Positions 23,801-31,000 of a DNA stretch of 64,000 nt are shown in pieces. Position 1 is the stretch's first letter; each line of letters opens with the position of its first letter. The position numbers and the translations under genes are program-made. Below the pieces are notes generated by a model that was not told the origin of the DNA, ran no database searches, and was given only the letters and a program-made list of their open reading frames with translations. Origin of the DNA: Thermoanaerobaculia bacterium (lineage in GTDB: Bacteria > Acidobacteriota > Thermoanaerobaculia > UBA5066); assembly GCA_963719225.1 (NCBI GenBank), contig CAVRAY010000001.1, positions 1,376,001 to 1,440,000 on the forward strand. The letters are read 5' to 3'.

Positions 23801-24229
23801 GTTCTCGCGGTCGGCGGCACGGACGGAACGGTCGTCGCGCTCGACGGCCCGGTCGCGCGCGCCGCGGTGCATGGGGGATCGGTGGACGTTTCTCGCAGCG
23901 GCGTTCTCGTGGGGCGCTTCAGAATTCTTTCTGTTTCGGAGGATGGGACGGCCATGGGCCTCGAGGGCGAGGCGTCGGGGAAGATCAGAGAGGGGGATTT
24001 CTTAGAAGGTAATTGGGCTTTCGGAAACATCGATCTTTCGCGCGGCGCGATTTTGCGTGCGGTGGACGCTGTCGAGGCGCGATCCATCCACGTCGACGCC
24101 TCGTCCCTCTTCCTTTCTAAGAATCTTCAAATCCCCTCTCCGGGTCCCGCGCCTCGCGAATGCGTTTCGCGCGGGGCACGCCCCGATCCTCCGGGCACTC
24201 CGCCTACGCCTGCCGGGAGCGCGCCATGA
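5900..24229 (+). CDS. Giant (~6100 aa) secreted surface protein: carboxypeptidase-regulatory-like beta-sandwich repeats, Big_5/Ig-like domains and six glycine-rich modules
   Basis: Uninterrupted 18.3-kb ORF. The likely start is TTG 5900, which gives the signal peptide MRTVRTIAVLASLCVLASFDAVA/Q. Repeated GxVxGxV...TDxxGxF/Y units at ~8.7-12.4 kb; IVFSEP/FDFSE Big_5-like domains; GGSHxG..YGS..P..GGGxVRI..A(N/D)G..GAGGSVW..GGGGAV modules at ~14.6-23 kb. Confidence 0.9.
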   Translation: MRTVRTIAVLASLCVLASFDAVAQPGGPFGTAQLQISGARLTIYTDSLTNDADQTLNVGEPGRVRTCYGAGAACGSTTAGAVPGLKVVGELSGPELPQAVTYEIAPGGTFFLPGFQREGDYLLENIRLVEMATDRVLANAEPSLATLHVRQILLASATVTRLTLAELQARGIALTQQNFQAFSFSVGFLFAGQLVNIELPVLFQTDGKILPLDKQKVKLDDLPDSVRHEVRRWEPPQIVPFSLNLPPKDAKDPPDVEPEVLSVPLYGAIVIPGNVSFLNQFFDARLIVANGAPNGSNATLQNVTGALRLPTDGSLRIAATTPPVSVGQKLPLTKANGSGVVGPGEQGTAGWTVEGLVAGTQTLRMEIAADLVRPGHLTLPLVGSVQAAVEVVDARFNLTFNHPDVVREGEAYSLYVTVTNLSRAAQNLVTVELLSQNITGAHQADPTDPFRQTIATLDPGASETLEFRLVSDTTGKCVATTFQSSSPGLSGTIHLRTGVGELGIPLSPASLVLPRFSELLPRALLTADVRLLGLAYSLAVAPAGAAPPGLPHVVKSDVVRRAVDLGEAGQRLYLQERLLESLEVLALDQMGNRDDLADYDTLRRSLAKGAAAATALSDLFRQEQQNRNLAAADFVDHFASTTDYGRPYLAAGLVPNGTQPLPVLEVRQVGASGTSFLARTSDDATRLRTVPYGEVYALADVPGGTTRAPFALVGRLDSATSYRVDLHAPATGASGRLILVVPTDDLAGFRKVDFGFVTMGANEVWEVRAVGAAGDTPLSFGLYFPTSGIPVPGVSAPAITVLQLPPFRVIGAVEDFTLDRYGLGLSYLFNRPPDKAAAETASSYTIRSTFHGQDTSSPPLTFDKVVTKSGGAAFWQPNSERVVDVRYQSPISALNGLVDGIPVIRHEHLLATNAIRDTHGTPLEPQVPAALIEPNHTGGLVDGRVLLGTGEPAAGAIVQLIRYHSVGTEPGGSPLIVPDLVAETTTSSDGAFYFDFIEEPPQNAVLSGFHIRATVPPGSDPTQQPGGSEEVSSTIRLQNRLVHVNIALLGRGTVKGTLVYADNGAPVPNGHVAAASTLFSEVKDVVVASDGSFTISALPVGPITLTGSDASGNRVYQTVALQQPGQTVNVALRIPRTTPPKTGTVIGRVLRQRSGTPLPLPDPSPGAQVAVYSNGAFIGQAVSDASGSFRFEKVPEGQVQVQAADFSISRTRAIGGAVLPADGTVSITLTLSDAAPRVVTGRVLFHESATNTDVPVQGAVAFIVGPGVFAYTDASGTYRIEAVPVQGAFDPPYGVTAIDFTRQLQGIANLPPILDVGDGSPIRAPDIVLRAMTGGVDGVVLDPLGHPIGGISVQIPFGPSTTTRSDGHFSFDDVGVGGVSLVAHAGNGLSPGKVGFFGTGFAAIVFGGHRPFATIRLQGSGVVNIHTRTATSTGVLSPIHYKPTIYRDDTYSIEGKPDPPIETTTDQDGRLQLIVPLGSTAVTAFSGFGSKSVTATLRYPGEVVNLEIVFDSLSTVTGHVVGVDGVTPVPDVDVFLTATGLLPQRQRADGQGGFRYELVPSGSVSVTTEALVGSVDRVGRADGRLTSGQTIDLTVVLRAQGTVKGRVFQLVGSTLVPIPFARYTISESAYPNRRLPGGVATYATDANGAYEVSHLFAGPITVVAADPGQVTRQGRATAEITSDFQVLQMPDIVLATSVGSLSVLVRDPETGSPVPDCQITLSNGDVTVSDAQGQASFDALPLGTYSVYAFHAPTGQGGVVNGLRLLNPGDHVDGTIILDTRGQISGTLWDDPPKSRGVGNGTVQLTGRVNGRLWGTSLTALASTSSDAATLGRFLFDGIPVGSFTLVAAVSDSARRASTSLDLTTTAPVAAVDLVLEQLEDRYVRIFQNLTAAPHLFEIDPSGGVFNVELTQPPGTCNPNCTYDFLLSVPTSPYPNHLFKFPAVYASRPLLVDVREASGEQRRGSISGLASLPGAGSASDPYRVVLGAKGTVNVLVRDGGGNPVSGATVTLTSSAISQFGSATDGSGRVTFNAVPGGNLMVSAKLSSTGFGGIATGVLTYDDETVDFIVNLAPAVSAHGIVYHPLAGDVYTGDPSSLVPEDKAIVQIRDSSNQLQIVQTGPDGKYRFNVLRTGAYAISASNQTGESVAAGAGTLAGPDGNDNALPDLLLDASRPLIVSLTPSPGQAGVSRGALVEIVFSEPLLSAVLPTGAPSSPYFTLRSGATGLIAVGTWNSLLNTQGQQIVRFTPSALYDNSTVYSLTIAGGPGGVRDRAGRPLTDSGDVGSNFTTSDTVGASVVGSVPPITVPVDPAGEIRFDFSEVVSGTASELDGDGVGDAAELFWQQNGSPTWQPIPITMFLTRGGYSLTVQPPSGVTYPNDSLKRRIHISRLRDVSGNPMAGYDQTFRIWDTNAPHVDVAFPPGAPGGDLFGGNNYVLTPALSSLDDPSNGPGGDIDRVDYFLASAGDPISPSPTPVYSGRVSPFAFSFVAAYVGNGVDPRPFPVWVQAVDTSTNKSNVVKLAMQVVPNAPPVVASVGAAALSPVAGTFYAGSAVRATAFGVADPDGSQVTLAVELRRDHPGVPNDPTDLVATPASRLVTRPPTGWLDLVPPDFDTSIPVSMAEGTSLFFRVKATDTLGAAATVESLRFAVAHDPNPPTIDSFVARAAGASSPATRFTIGQKFVVEFRARDAETAVQTVSLALSDVFASPQAATLVAGTTNLYRTGELTVPTGLPPAGTAVTATASATDWGANTGTGTLSFLVSPSPDPYAPAVEWISPWEGSLWPAAYTSVLSAQGAALLLRASVTDKDQDASGDIPGTIVSVEFRGPADAAGTLAAAFTPGILVPGTNAPGAGTYQLQWRVPNGVVDGASLPFEVRATDTGGNVTTQSMRMRASKFRKVYEGAQTAALPGDAILAPGGAASGPVFLLDGATLSVYPQTDSTVRTLTSLFIWAGAQDGTLVVNPSVLTAPEVTSYASSVLFYALELTVTDTMGLGAACRIDMSARGLLGSTPTQSMILPGQTGSQQYAGGSHGGSGTPGSPSGGFARTDLSPAGSVYDAVKDPSLPGGGGGYATGGTGTTPTGGGTGGGVVRLLAPGATMHLGGDVLADGGDGPGGFTGGGGAGGAIRIVAARIEGAGTLSAGGGRGTNGNTAGGGGGGRVSLSFADPPSAALALKLSAAGALNAPPPDANAQQRAGAGTIYVEETDAFGVPKAPGKLIVTNGSGKPAWPTPFSGAQRFGAVEAHGAARLVFDDDLSVGPVDPGALNDRASLALDLEARALLKPDLPQIALTASPDGGDVKTGQQLSASYTLSDPLGLFGWMTAFSPSGSTASTFADEPVTFSSGVLSLQVPASQPPGPITYSLQVSDRAGRSQSVTKSWTVLPDSPPSLALTALTPGPSVLPGTVLTATATASDDVGLTRVVFTLSGAIATSDTRNVNTASTVQVFSYTLPNNLAAGQTVALQVDAFDTFGHKTSASPVTYTIVADTVPPVITSVALSPVKAGDVYTTGDDVTFTVTATDNVALARINLTIGGNTTPFTSSPAVIIFRAPNVTGSTPFTLDVEVFDVAGNRSTASRTISVVPAGGGTFPVVSFTCPTAGAYLPSTYAAFQLVATASDGAGITKIEFFRPGDSTPFSTSTPPSGAPTSYVGTSTAITLPTVPGDTIVTYRARAWNAASHSTDVSVDVHVVPTVDIATAKASDVAVVRTGTVTLDTPKTFAGLVILKGAALTHSATLAVGAEKSLNLTVNGPTYVECGGAINVTGKGYPSGMTYPGAALSGAGGHLGKGGPGDTYGSVARPQEAGSNNGGGIVRISSFSAFVVDGTIAADGANGASGAAGGAGGSVWLTTSGLLAGSGIVQARGSLGSASAGGGGGGAVALEFGSSSGGVVANSRADAPNAGSSATGGAGTVLIKGPASQLGELRIDPRGVFSGPPQTVLPSFGSGTAQPGTSGPTLVTDRSANVPAYFAGHWVEVRASSGVLKGTWRIGTTPGAINAKTVTLVPNDVETLSLAPGDSWQGLYRFDSMRASAAALVSSGDPIEVVAAAGTTITGSGDSTAPFQVRAPLRGANLTLEAAVALGKPVDGGNLTVKSGAIVTPAFGIGLSRPFGLSISLSGALVVESGGAIDTSTYGYGSVETYPGAVTAGSGVGGGHLGLGGLGTPGGTFGSVTRPQEAGGGGWAYSGGGIVRVVAPAGITIDGAIRANGQDVAAPGVFGAGAGGSVWLTTSATLAGAGVIEASGGKLVVAGAAAGGGGGAVALEYGSVIGTVVANSRATGGTGAGAARSAGAGTIWTKGAASTFGDLLIDNGGTTGQATVLPSLGSGIVQAGSAGTTLVTDRAADIPAYFAGHWVEISNSSSALKGTCRISTAPGGIVARTVTLTSCSSSFSVDPLDKWQGVYIFDSVTTPNNELFQSIDPFRLGGNRPITLNGPTAAGKYLEVPGTVLGTAVTVTGNVSVLSIAATSLTVKSGAILTHPVTTASTTNSLAIAVSGALTLESGASIDATGRGYPFGKTYPGVAPTNPGASHVGLGGQNVNPALAYGSVYRPAENGAGVLAGGGAVRVTADSISFADATSLIRANGTDDPSTGGSGGAGGSVWITAASVSGNGKIEARGGDSQSFTGTGGGGGAVVVEYGTAAGTWTSGVLARGGAGSGGSGVNRDGGAGTALLKSASSTFGDLTVDDSGRNAPTVLPALGSGVAHAGSTGGTLVLDRLSWVAPFFSGNFVEVRNSSGGLKGTWRVESIFVPQATQVVADLEIDTQPNLAYDGYFFNSGLTLTQHFGGSAQPGFGNSHFFAARFFNGLWQYDNKTAFVTFTPDPSDRVFASFHKGNGTPTMTSSPCPGGACAPVNGVQTIAAARGRVRMGTFLNGTTDLNNIALVLLDLILASEPQRLVLEAPADVQPGDGWQGVYRFDSLKSPNGATLVSADLIRLGTSSASTISGATAGTQYLDIAGASISGPAGFNSDIAMSGRVLAASIAGSSLTIKSGATLTHPATGNTSGGPKNLTVNVSGALTLESNATIDVSGRGYSAVVSYPNTPIPGAGSGGSHLGSGGLAGSPLGATYGSIEHPSENGSGGRDDAGNAGYGAGGGAIRIQAGSVVFTDATSTVRANGNSLCGSPAGGAAGAGGSVWLTATGAISGDGKIEAKGGDCAIARGGGGGAVSLEYATTSGTVLANASAAGGAGFATAATNSGGAGSVFFRGPTSVYGDLLLNNAVRTGETTVLPTLGSGVAQPGSAGAALIVLTFSPVPAYAVGRWIDVSTSAGALKGTWRIGSITNQAPSGSFTKQTLNLLQNQSETIAVAPLDKWQAVYLLDSLSIKNGASLVSADPVRTASVTLDGTAVPVVGDVVAASGSAEVKGAVTARRIDAASLAIRAGATLSHPAIGTDPTKPERLTLNVAGTLTIESGATIDVTGKGYVLATTYPGATVSGTGAGGSHFGVGGTGTGAGGSTFGNPEWPAEAGGGAGGGFGSSGGGSVRIVAGTLAFGDATSAIRANGGITSYRTGAGGSVWITAGALSGDGVIEARGGDTTGVGDGRGGGGAIAIEYASASGTALSNLSARGGNGSSNGGPGTILVKGPGSLFGDLTIDRKGVIGAGTILPSLGFGFAQGGTNGTTLVTDHLTEQPKYFVGRWVEIRDASGTTLKGTWRITAASFGGPFEQQFFTLAPNEAEVIDILVGDRWQAVYRFDNPPTLLGGATLASVDPIRIGGTLLRAGPSAASIPAAQTIRSVSLCTDIGEALKPGGSFAICADSIARDLTLEISGAFEARIAAYGNCRDPIAIPGSAKPGPLTIVASARDAEGRTASATAHALVVADERAPVLVSVEPAPSAALRSGDPLRVAVEAWDDVGIASVAITLGGKRAILTAPPYEIFALAPPVASKESLQVVVEVFDPSGNVSRREIDLGVLPSGAPLPALAAAPGTPAEGISLADGRLAVDGGWPWRDADGETRGRTLELPAIGTHTVLAVGGTDGTVVALDGPVARAAVHGGSVDVSRSGVLVGRFRILSVSEDGTAMGLEGEASGKIREGDFLEGNWAFGNIDLSRGAILRAVDAVEARSIHVDASSLFLSKNLQIPSPGPAPRECVSRGARPDPPGTPPTPAGSAP
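14600..23030 (+). repeat. Six diverged protein-level repeats (~330-450 aa glycine-rich modules) within the giant surface protein
   Basis: Recurring motifs LTH, IDxxGxGY, GAGGSVW(L/I)T and GTxLxKG; modules 2-6 also carry LPSLGSG, GxWVE, LKGTWR and WQxxYxFD. Approximate starts are 14.6, 17.0, 18.15, 19.3, 20.85 and 22.0 kb. Confidence 0.8.
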
Positions 24230-25086
24230 AGAAGCTCGTCGTCGCGTCTCTCTGCCTCCTGGCGCTCTTTGCTGTCGCCGCACCTGCTTCAGATGCGCCG
24301 GGCGTCCTCTTTCCCGTGTCGTTCTCGGTCGAGCATGCGCTCGTACAAACCGGCCTCGACGGGTCCGAGTTCCGGACGGACGCGGTCACGGATACGTACG
24401 GCGGCTCGCACCTCGTGTCGGTCCGGCCGGGCGGAAGCCGCGTGATCGTGGACTTCGCGAGGCGCGAGCTCACCGAGGTGAGCGTGGAGAAGTCCACGTA
24501 CTGGACGCTCTCCTTCTCCCAGATGGGCGACCTGTCGCGGCGTCTCGCCGCCGCCGAGGAAAGGCCGACGATCGCGAAGGACAGGAGGGCGTCCGTATCG
24601 CCGGCCCCGCCCGTCGTCAAGGTCGAGGAGATCGACGCGGCTCGCGAGAGGCAGGCTCTCGCGACGGGGCTTCCCGCCTCGCGCGCGGGGGTCCGCCACT
24701 TCCGCGCTTCCGTCGAAGGGGGTCCCATCGCAGACGTGTGGGTCGACGGCACGCTTCGCCTCACGCCGGCCGCCCTGGACGCGCTCGAGAGCTTCGAGCG
24801 CGACGTCCTCGGATCCGCGTCGAGGGGCGAGGTCAACGTCTCCTCTCTTGCCGCGGCGGCGCGCCGCGCCGCGGGCGGCGCCGTGCCCGTACGCGTCCGG
24901 CGCTCGCTCGGAGCGGACCGCGGCACCTCAGACGACACCGCGCTTTCGCTGACGCCGCTGCCGGCCTTTCCGCAGAAGCTCCTCGTCGTGGGCGACGGCT
25001 TCCGCCGCGTCGCGAGCCCGCTCGAGGTCATGGTCGCGTTCGCCGAGGAAGAGGCCTCGCACGACTCGTCGAGGCTCGTGAAGTGA
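24226..25086 (+). CDS. Secreted hypothetical protein (286 aa) coupled between the two giant genes
   Basis: ATG 24226 overlaps the upstream TGA (ATGA); signal peptide MKKLVVASLCLLALFAVAAPA; its stop overlaps the next start (GTGA). Confidence 0.8.
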   Translation: MKKLVVASLCLLALFAVAAPASDAPGVLFPVSFSVEHALVQTGLDGSEFRTDAVTDTYGGSHLVSVRPGGSRVIVDFARRELTEVSVEKSTYWTLSFSQMGDLSRRLAAAEERPTIAKDRRASVSPAPPVVKVEEIDAARERQALATGLPASRAGVRHFRASVEGGPIADVWVDGTLRLTPAALDALESFERDVLGSASRGEVNVSSLAAAARRAAGGAVPVRVRRSLGADRGTSDDTALSLTPLPAFPQKLLVVGDGFRRVASPLEVMVAFAEEEASHDSSRLVK

Positions 25087-28000
25087 AGAATCGCACGCTC
25101 TCGCTCGCGCTCGGCGTCGCCCTCCTCGGGGCCGGTGCCGCTCGCGGGGAGTCGCCGTTTTCGATCGGCGCCCCTCTCGCGGCGCGCGCGATCTTCGGGT
25201 GCTCGGAAGTGACCGTCGCGGACGGCGCGACCGTGCGTTCGGAAGGCGTCTCGTCGTACTCCGCGAAGGAAGGGCGAGGGCACGTGGCCTCGAACGGCGA
25301 CATCGCCGTCTCCTCGCGGGCCGTCGTCATGGGCGACGTCGCGGCCGGGCCAGGACATACCGTCACCGTGGCGGCCGACGCGGCCGTTTCTGGCCTGACG
25401 ACGCCGGCGGCCGCCGCCGTGGACTGCCGTCCCGTCGACCTCGTGAAGCTCGCGGCGGCAATCGGCCCGAACGACAACGCGAAGATCCCGAAGACCGCGC
25501 TGGGAAAGAGCGCCCTGTCTGGCCCAGCGGGGGACGCGCTCGTCCTCGCCGGGCGCGACTCGGTCACGCTCCCCGCGGGGACGTACGTGTTCTCGTCGAT
25601 CGACCTTTCGAGCCGGGCGCACGTGATGGTGGCGGGAGAGGCTCGCGTCTTCGTTATGGGCGACGTCCACCTCGCGGGCAACAGCGCGTTGAATGCCGCG
25701 GGCGGAGCTTTCCGGCTGCGGCTCTTCACGTCGGGTCCGCGCCTGACGGTCGAATCGTCCTCGACGCTCGGCGCGTTCGTGTACGCGCCGTCCGCCGCGG
25801 TGTTCGTGGACACGGAGAGCCGCGTGCTCGGGACTCTTTTCGCGAGCGCGGTGACTGTTCGCCACGCCTCCGCGGTGATCCGGGTCGTGGACGACACGCC
25901 GCCCGTGCTCACGCTTCTCGAGCCCGGAACGTCCGGCGCGCCCGTGCTCTCCGCGGTGCGCGTGCGCGGCCTCGTGCGCGATCCCGAGACCGCCGTGACG
26001 AGCGCCAAGGTGAACGGGCAGGTCTTGGCGCTGGCGGACGACGGGTCCTTCGACACGACGGTCGACGCGACCTCGTCCGCCGAGGTGCGTCTCGACGGCG
26101 AGAACGCCATGGGCCTCGTGTCGACGGTACGCGTGTCGCTGTGCAGCGGACCTCCTCAACTCGTGATCCAGTCGCCCGCGAACGGCTCCCTCGTGGGCGA
26201 TCGGATCGGATCCGTCACCGGAACCTGCGGCACGGCCTCGTCGGTCGCCGTGAACGGCCGGCCTGCCGCCGTCGCGAACGGTGCGTTCCGGCTCGACGGC
26301 ATCGACTTCGGGCCCGACGGCCTCGTCGTGCTCAACGTCGTCGCCTCCAGCGTTTGCGCCCAGACGGCCCTCGCGACGGCGTTCACGCTCGACACGCAGC
26401 CGCCGGCCGTCGCCATCGACACGCCGACCTCGGGTTCCGTCGTGGGCGCCTCGCCCCTCGCCGTGAGCGGCACGTTCGTGGAGCCGAACCTCGCCTCGAT
26501 CACGGTGAACGGCGTCGCTGCGGCGATCTCGGGCAGCCGCTTCACGGCCACCGTGCCGGTTCCCGCCGGCATCTCGACGCTCATCGCCGAAGCGCGGGAC
26601 AAGATCGGACACGTCGGCCTCTCGACTCCCGTGAGCGTCACGCTCGACACGCAGGCGGCCTCCGTCGTCATCACGAGCCCCGCTTCCGGCACGCTCACGG
26701 GCGACGCGACGGCGACCGTCTCGGGCACCGCGGACATGCCCGGGCTCGCGAGCGTTCGCGTCGCGGGGCGCACGGCGACTCTTTCGGGAAAGAGCTTCAC
26801 CGTTTCGGGCGTCCCTCTCGTGGAAGGCGACAACCGGCTCGTAGCGGAGGCGATCGACGCGAGCAGCCGGTCGTTCCTCTCGCAGCCGGTCGTCGTGACG
26901 CTGGATTCGCTGCCGCCGGACGTGGCGCTCGATACGACTTCCTTCCCGCTCCTCACGAAGAGCACGGCGATCACCGTCTCGGGGACGGTCTCGGATCCCC
27001 ACCTCGGTCCCGTCACGGTCAACGGCGTGGCGGCGCTCGTCTCCGGCGGGCGTTTCACGGCGACGAACGTGCCGCTCGTCGAAGGCGACAATCCGGTCCG
27101 CGCGCATGCCGTCGACACGCTCGGGCACTCGGCCGACTCGGCGGCGGCCACCGTGAACCGCGACACGCAGGGCCCGGCGGTGACGATCACCTCGCCCGCC
27201 TCGGGTGCCCAGCTCGCGAACGCGAGCCTCGTCGTCACCGGCACCGCGTCCGATCCCCACCTCGCCGGCGTGACGGTGAACGGCGTTTCTGCGCCCGTGA
27301 CGAACGGGACGTTCACCACAAGCCTGACGCTCGGCGAGGGAGATTCGACCCTCGTCGCGAGCGCGGTGGACTCGCTCGGGAATTCGGGCGCCTCGCCGGG
27401 CGTGCCCGTCACGGTCGACACGATCGCGCCCGTCGTCTCGATCGACGCGCCGGCCAACACTCTCACGGGCTCGGCGTTCGTGACCGTCACGGGCACGGTC
27501 CTCGAACCGCACCTCCTGTCCGTCACGGTGGCCGGCGTCCCGGCGGCCGCCTCGGGCGGGCGCTTCGTGGCCACGAACGTGCCGCTCGTCGAAGGCACGC
27601 AGCAGATCACCGCGGTCGCGCTCGACACGTTCGGCCACCGCAGCGAGTCCGGGCCGGTCACGTACCGACTGGACTCGACGCCGCCGGTTTTGACGATCGA
27701 CAAGCCGCCACCCGACTCCGCCTGCTTCGCCTCGGGCGCGCCGATCGCGGTCTCGGGGCACGTCGGCGTCCCCGGGTCCGCGAGCGCGCGGCCCGCCGTC
27801 TCCCTCGTCGTGAAGCCTTCCGGCGGCGCGCCACAGACGTTCGCGGCGGTCCTGGATGCGGCCGGCACGACCTGGAGCGTGGCGGCGGTGGATCCCGGCT
27901 CGTCCGACGGCTTCGCCGTCCTGACCGCCTCAACAGGCGACGCGCTGGGACACGACGTCAGGGTCGTCCGCAGCGTGCGCGTGAAAGCCTCGACTCCAGC

Positions 28001-31000
28001 GGTCTCGCTGCTCCTCGACGGCAGCGCCTTCCCGGGCAGCGCCGCGGGCGCGACGGCGGCGCCGGGCGAGACGCCCGTGCTCCTCGGCCGCGTCGTGAAG
28101 CCGCGCGCGCTCGTGACGGACGGCCCCGGCGCGGCGCCTCCGGTGCCGGTCCTCACGCTCGACGGCGCGCCTTACACGGGAGCCGTCATCGACGCCGAGG
28201 GCACGCATCTTCTCGCCGCAACCGTGAGCGACTGCGCGGGGCACTCCGCCTCCCGGCACGCGCTCTTCACGATCGACGTGACGCCACCGCGGCTTCTCTC
28301 GACGGTGCCGGCCGACGGTGTGACTCTCGGCGCGGCTGTCACCTCCTTCAGCGGAACGTCCGATCCGGACCTCGCCTCGGCTGCGGTCGACGGCGTGGCC
28401 GCGGGAGTGAGCGGCGGAGCGTTCTCGCTCGTTCCTTTCTCTTCGAAGGAAGGCACGAACGCCCTCGCGATCGTCCTCGTCGATCGGGCGGGGAACCGCT
28501 CGGTCTTCTCGCGCTCCTTCAATGTGAAGTCCCTGGCCCCCTCCGTCGAGATCCTCGAAGGGGGAGTGCCCCTCGGCACCGGCGCGACGTTTTTCCGCAC
28601 GGTGACGCCGGTCGTCCGCGCGAACGATCCCTCCGCGACGGTCGCCGCCACGCTCAACGGCTCGCCGTTCGTCTCCGGCACTCCGGTGAGCGCGGCCGGA
28701 ACCTACACGGTCAGCGCCACGGCCACCGACGCGCTCGGCCACGCGGGAAACGCGACCGCCAGCTTCAAGATCGACCTTTCCGCGCCGCCCACGATCGACA
28801 TTACGGCGCCGCCCGACCGCGCCGTCCTCCCGGGCCCCGCGATCGCGGTGACCGGCACGGCCAGCGCGTCCGTCACGAGCGTCACCGTGAACGGCCGGGC
28901 CGCGACGCTCGCGGGGGCCGCCTGGACGGTGCCGGACCTGGTCCTCCCACCCGACGTCCCGGTCGAGATCATCGCGATCGGCGCGGATGCCCTCGGCCGC
29001 ACCGCGACCGCGATACGTCAGGTCACGGTGCGATCCGTCGGGCCGCAGGTTCAGATTCTCGATCCGCCCAACGGCTTCCGGACGAACCGCAAGAAGATCG
29101 ACGTCGTGGGCGCCGTCGTCGGCGGGCCTTCCATGACCGCGAACGGCACGGTCGTCGTCGCGGGAGCGACGCTTCCGCTCGACGCGCTCGGCACCTTCCG
29201 CGCGAAGGACGTCGCCCTCATCGACGGCGCCAACACGCTCGTCGCGTCCGCCGTCGACTCGCAGGGCCGCACGGGGAACGCGCAGGTCGTCGTCACGACG
29301 GACACGCTCGCGCCGCTCATCGCGATCATGGCCGAGGGCCAGCCTCTCGTCGACGGCGCGAGCTTCGCGCGCGCGTTCACGGTGCACGTCGAGATCACCG
29401 ACAACACGCTGCCTCTCCCGATTCCGGTCATCCGTCTCAACGGGCTGGACCGCGGCGCCACCGCGGCCGCCACGGACCTTCCGATCGCGCAGAACGGCGG
29501 CTACATCCTCTCCGTCGTCGCGCGCGACGCGGCGGGCAACGAGAGCCGCGCGGAGCGCAGCTTCGTCCTGGCGTCGGGCGGCTGCTCGGTGAGCGCCCTC
29601 GATCCTTCGGACGGGGCGGTCGTGGCGGCCTCCGCGATCACGCTGCACGGGAAGAGCGGCGACGCGCAGACCGTGAAGGTGACCGTGGGCGGCCAGACCT
29701 TCACCGCGCAGCTCGCCGACGGCACGTTCGCCGCGGGCGGCGTCCCGCTTCCCATCGTGGGCGACAACACTCTGCAGATCGCGTGCACGGACCGCTCGGG
29801 GGCGACCACGACGACGAACCTGAAGCTCACGCGGCTCGCGGACGGCCCCGGTCCCGTCGTGCGCATCACGGCCCCGGCGAACGGCGCGCGGCAGACCGTT
29901 CCGACCGCGCCCGTCGCCGGGACGGTTTCCGATCCGTCCGCGACCGTCCTGGTGAACGGCGTGAAGGCGCTCGTGGCGCCGGCCGGCACGTTCTCGCTGG
30001 CGTCGCTGCCGCTCGTAGAGGGCCCGAACGTGTTCGCGGCGCGCGCCCTCGACGCCGCCGGACGCTCGGGGGAAGACCGCGTCGTCATTTATCGCGACTC
30101 GGCCCCGCCGAAGGTCACGATCACATCGCCTCCGGACGGCGCGCACGTGGGCCTGCCGGGCGCGGGCCCGGCCGCGGTCACGGTGACGGGCGCCGTGGAC
30201 CTCACGAACGAGCCGAACCTCTCTTCCGTCGTCGTCTCCAGCGCGGCGGGCTCCGTGACGGCGACCGTGGATCCGGATTCCGGCGCGTTCTTCGCCGCCG
30301 GTGTGCCGCTCGTGACGTCGACGCCCGGCTCGCCGCAGACGCTCACGGCGACCGCCACGGACACGCTTTCACAGGTCGGCTCGGCGAGCGTGTCCGTCAT
30401 CTTCGATCCTGCCGCCCCCGCGCTCGTTCTCTCGCTCCCGATCGACCTGACGCGCTTCACCGAGACGTCGCCGCCCTCCTTCCCGGTCGCCGGCGAGGCG
30501 TGGGCGAAGGACGGCGCGCAGATCTCGCTGAACGGCGGCGCCCTCGATCCCGCGACCCTGAGCTGGGAACCGGCCGCAGCCGACGGCCGGCGGCATGTGT
30601 CGTTCGCGGCGCAGGTGACGGTGCCCGCGCAGGAGGGGCCGTTCGGGCTCATCGCGCGCGTGGAAGAGCCGGCGGGCGCGTACGCGAACGATCGGCGCCT
30701 CCTCTACAAGGACGTGACCGCGCCGACGGTGATCGAGCTTTCGCCCGCCGACGGGGCGAAACAGGTGGACGCGAACGAGATTCCGCTCGCGCTCTTCAGC
30801 GAGCCGGTGAAGCCGTCCTCGCTCGGAACCGTGGACGGACTCACGCTCACGCGCGTCGCGACAGGCGACAAGTCCGTCGGCACGTTCACGGTCGCCGGCA
30901 ACGCCGTCGCGTTCGTTCCGGGCGCGGCGCTCGCGCGAGGCGAGGTCTATCTCTTCCGGGCCGGCCCGGGCGTGACGGATCTCGCCGGGCATCCGCTCGC

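Noticed and set aside
24057-25082. ORF-track start of the Rhs gene at 24057 (6759 aa)
   Set aside because: The first 342 codons are an Arg-rich shadow frame overlapping two real genes. GTG 25083 gives a signal peptide and a stop/start overlap.
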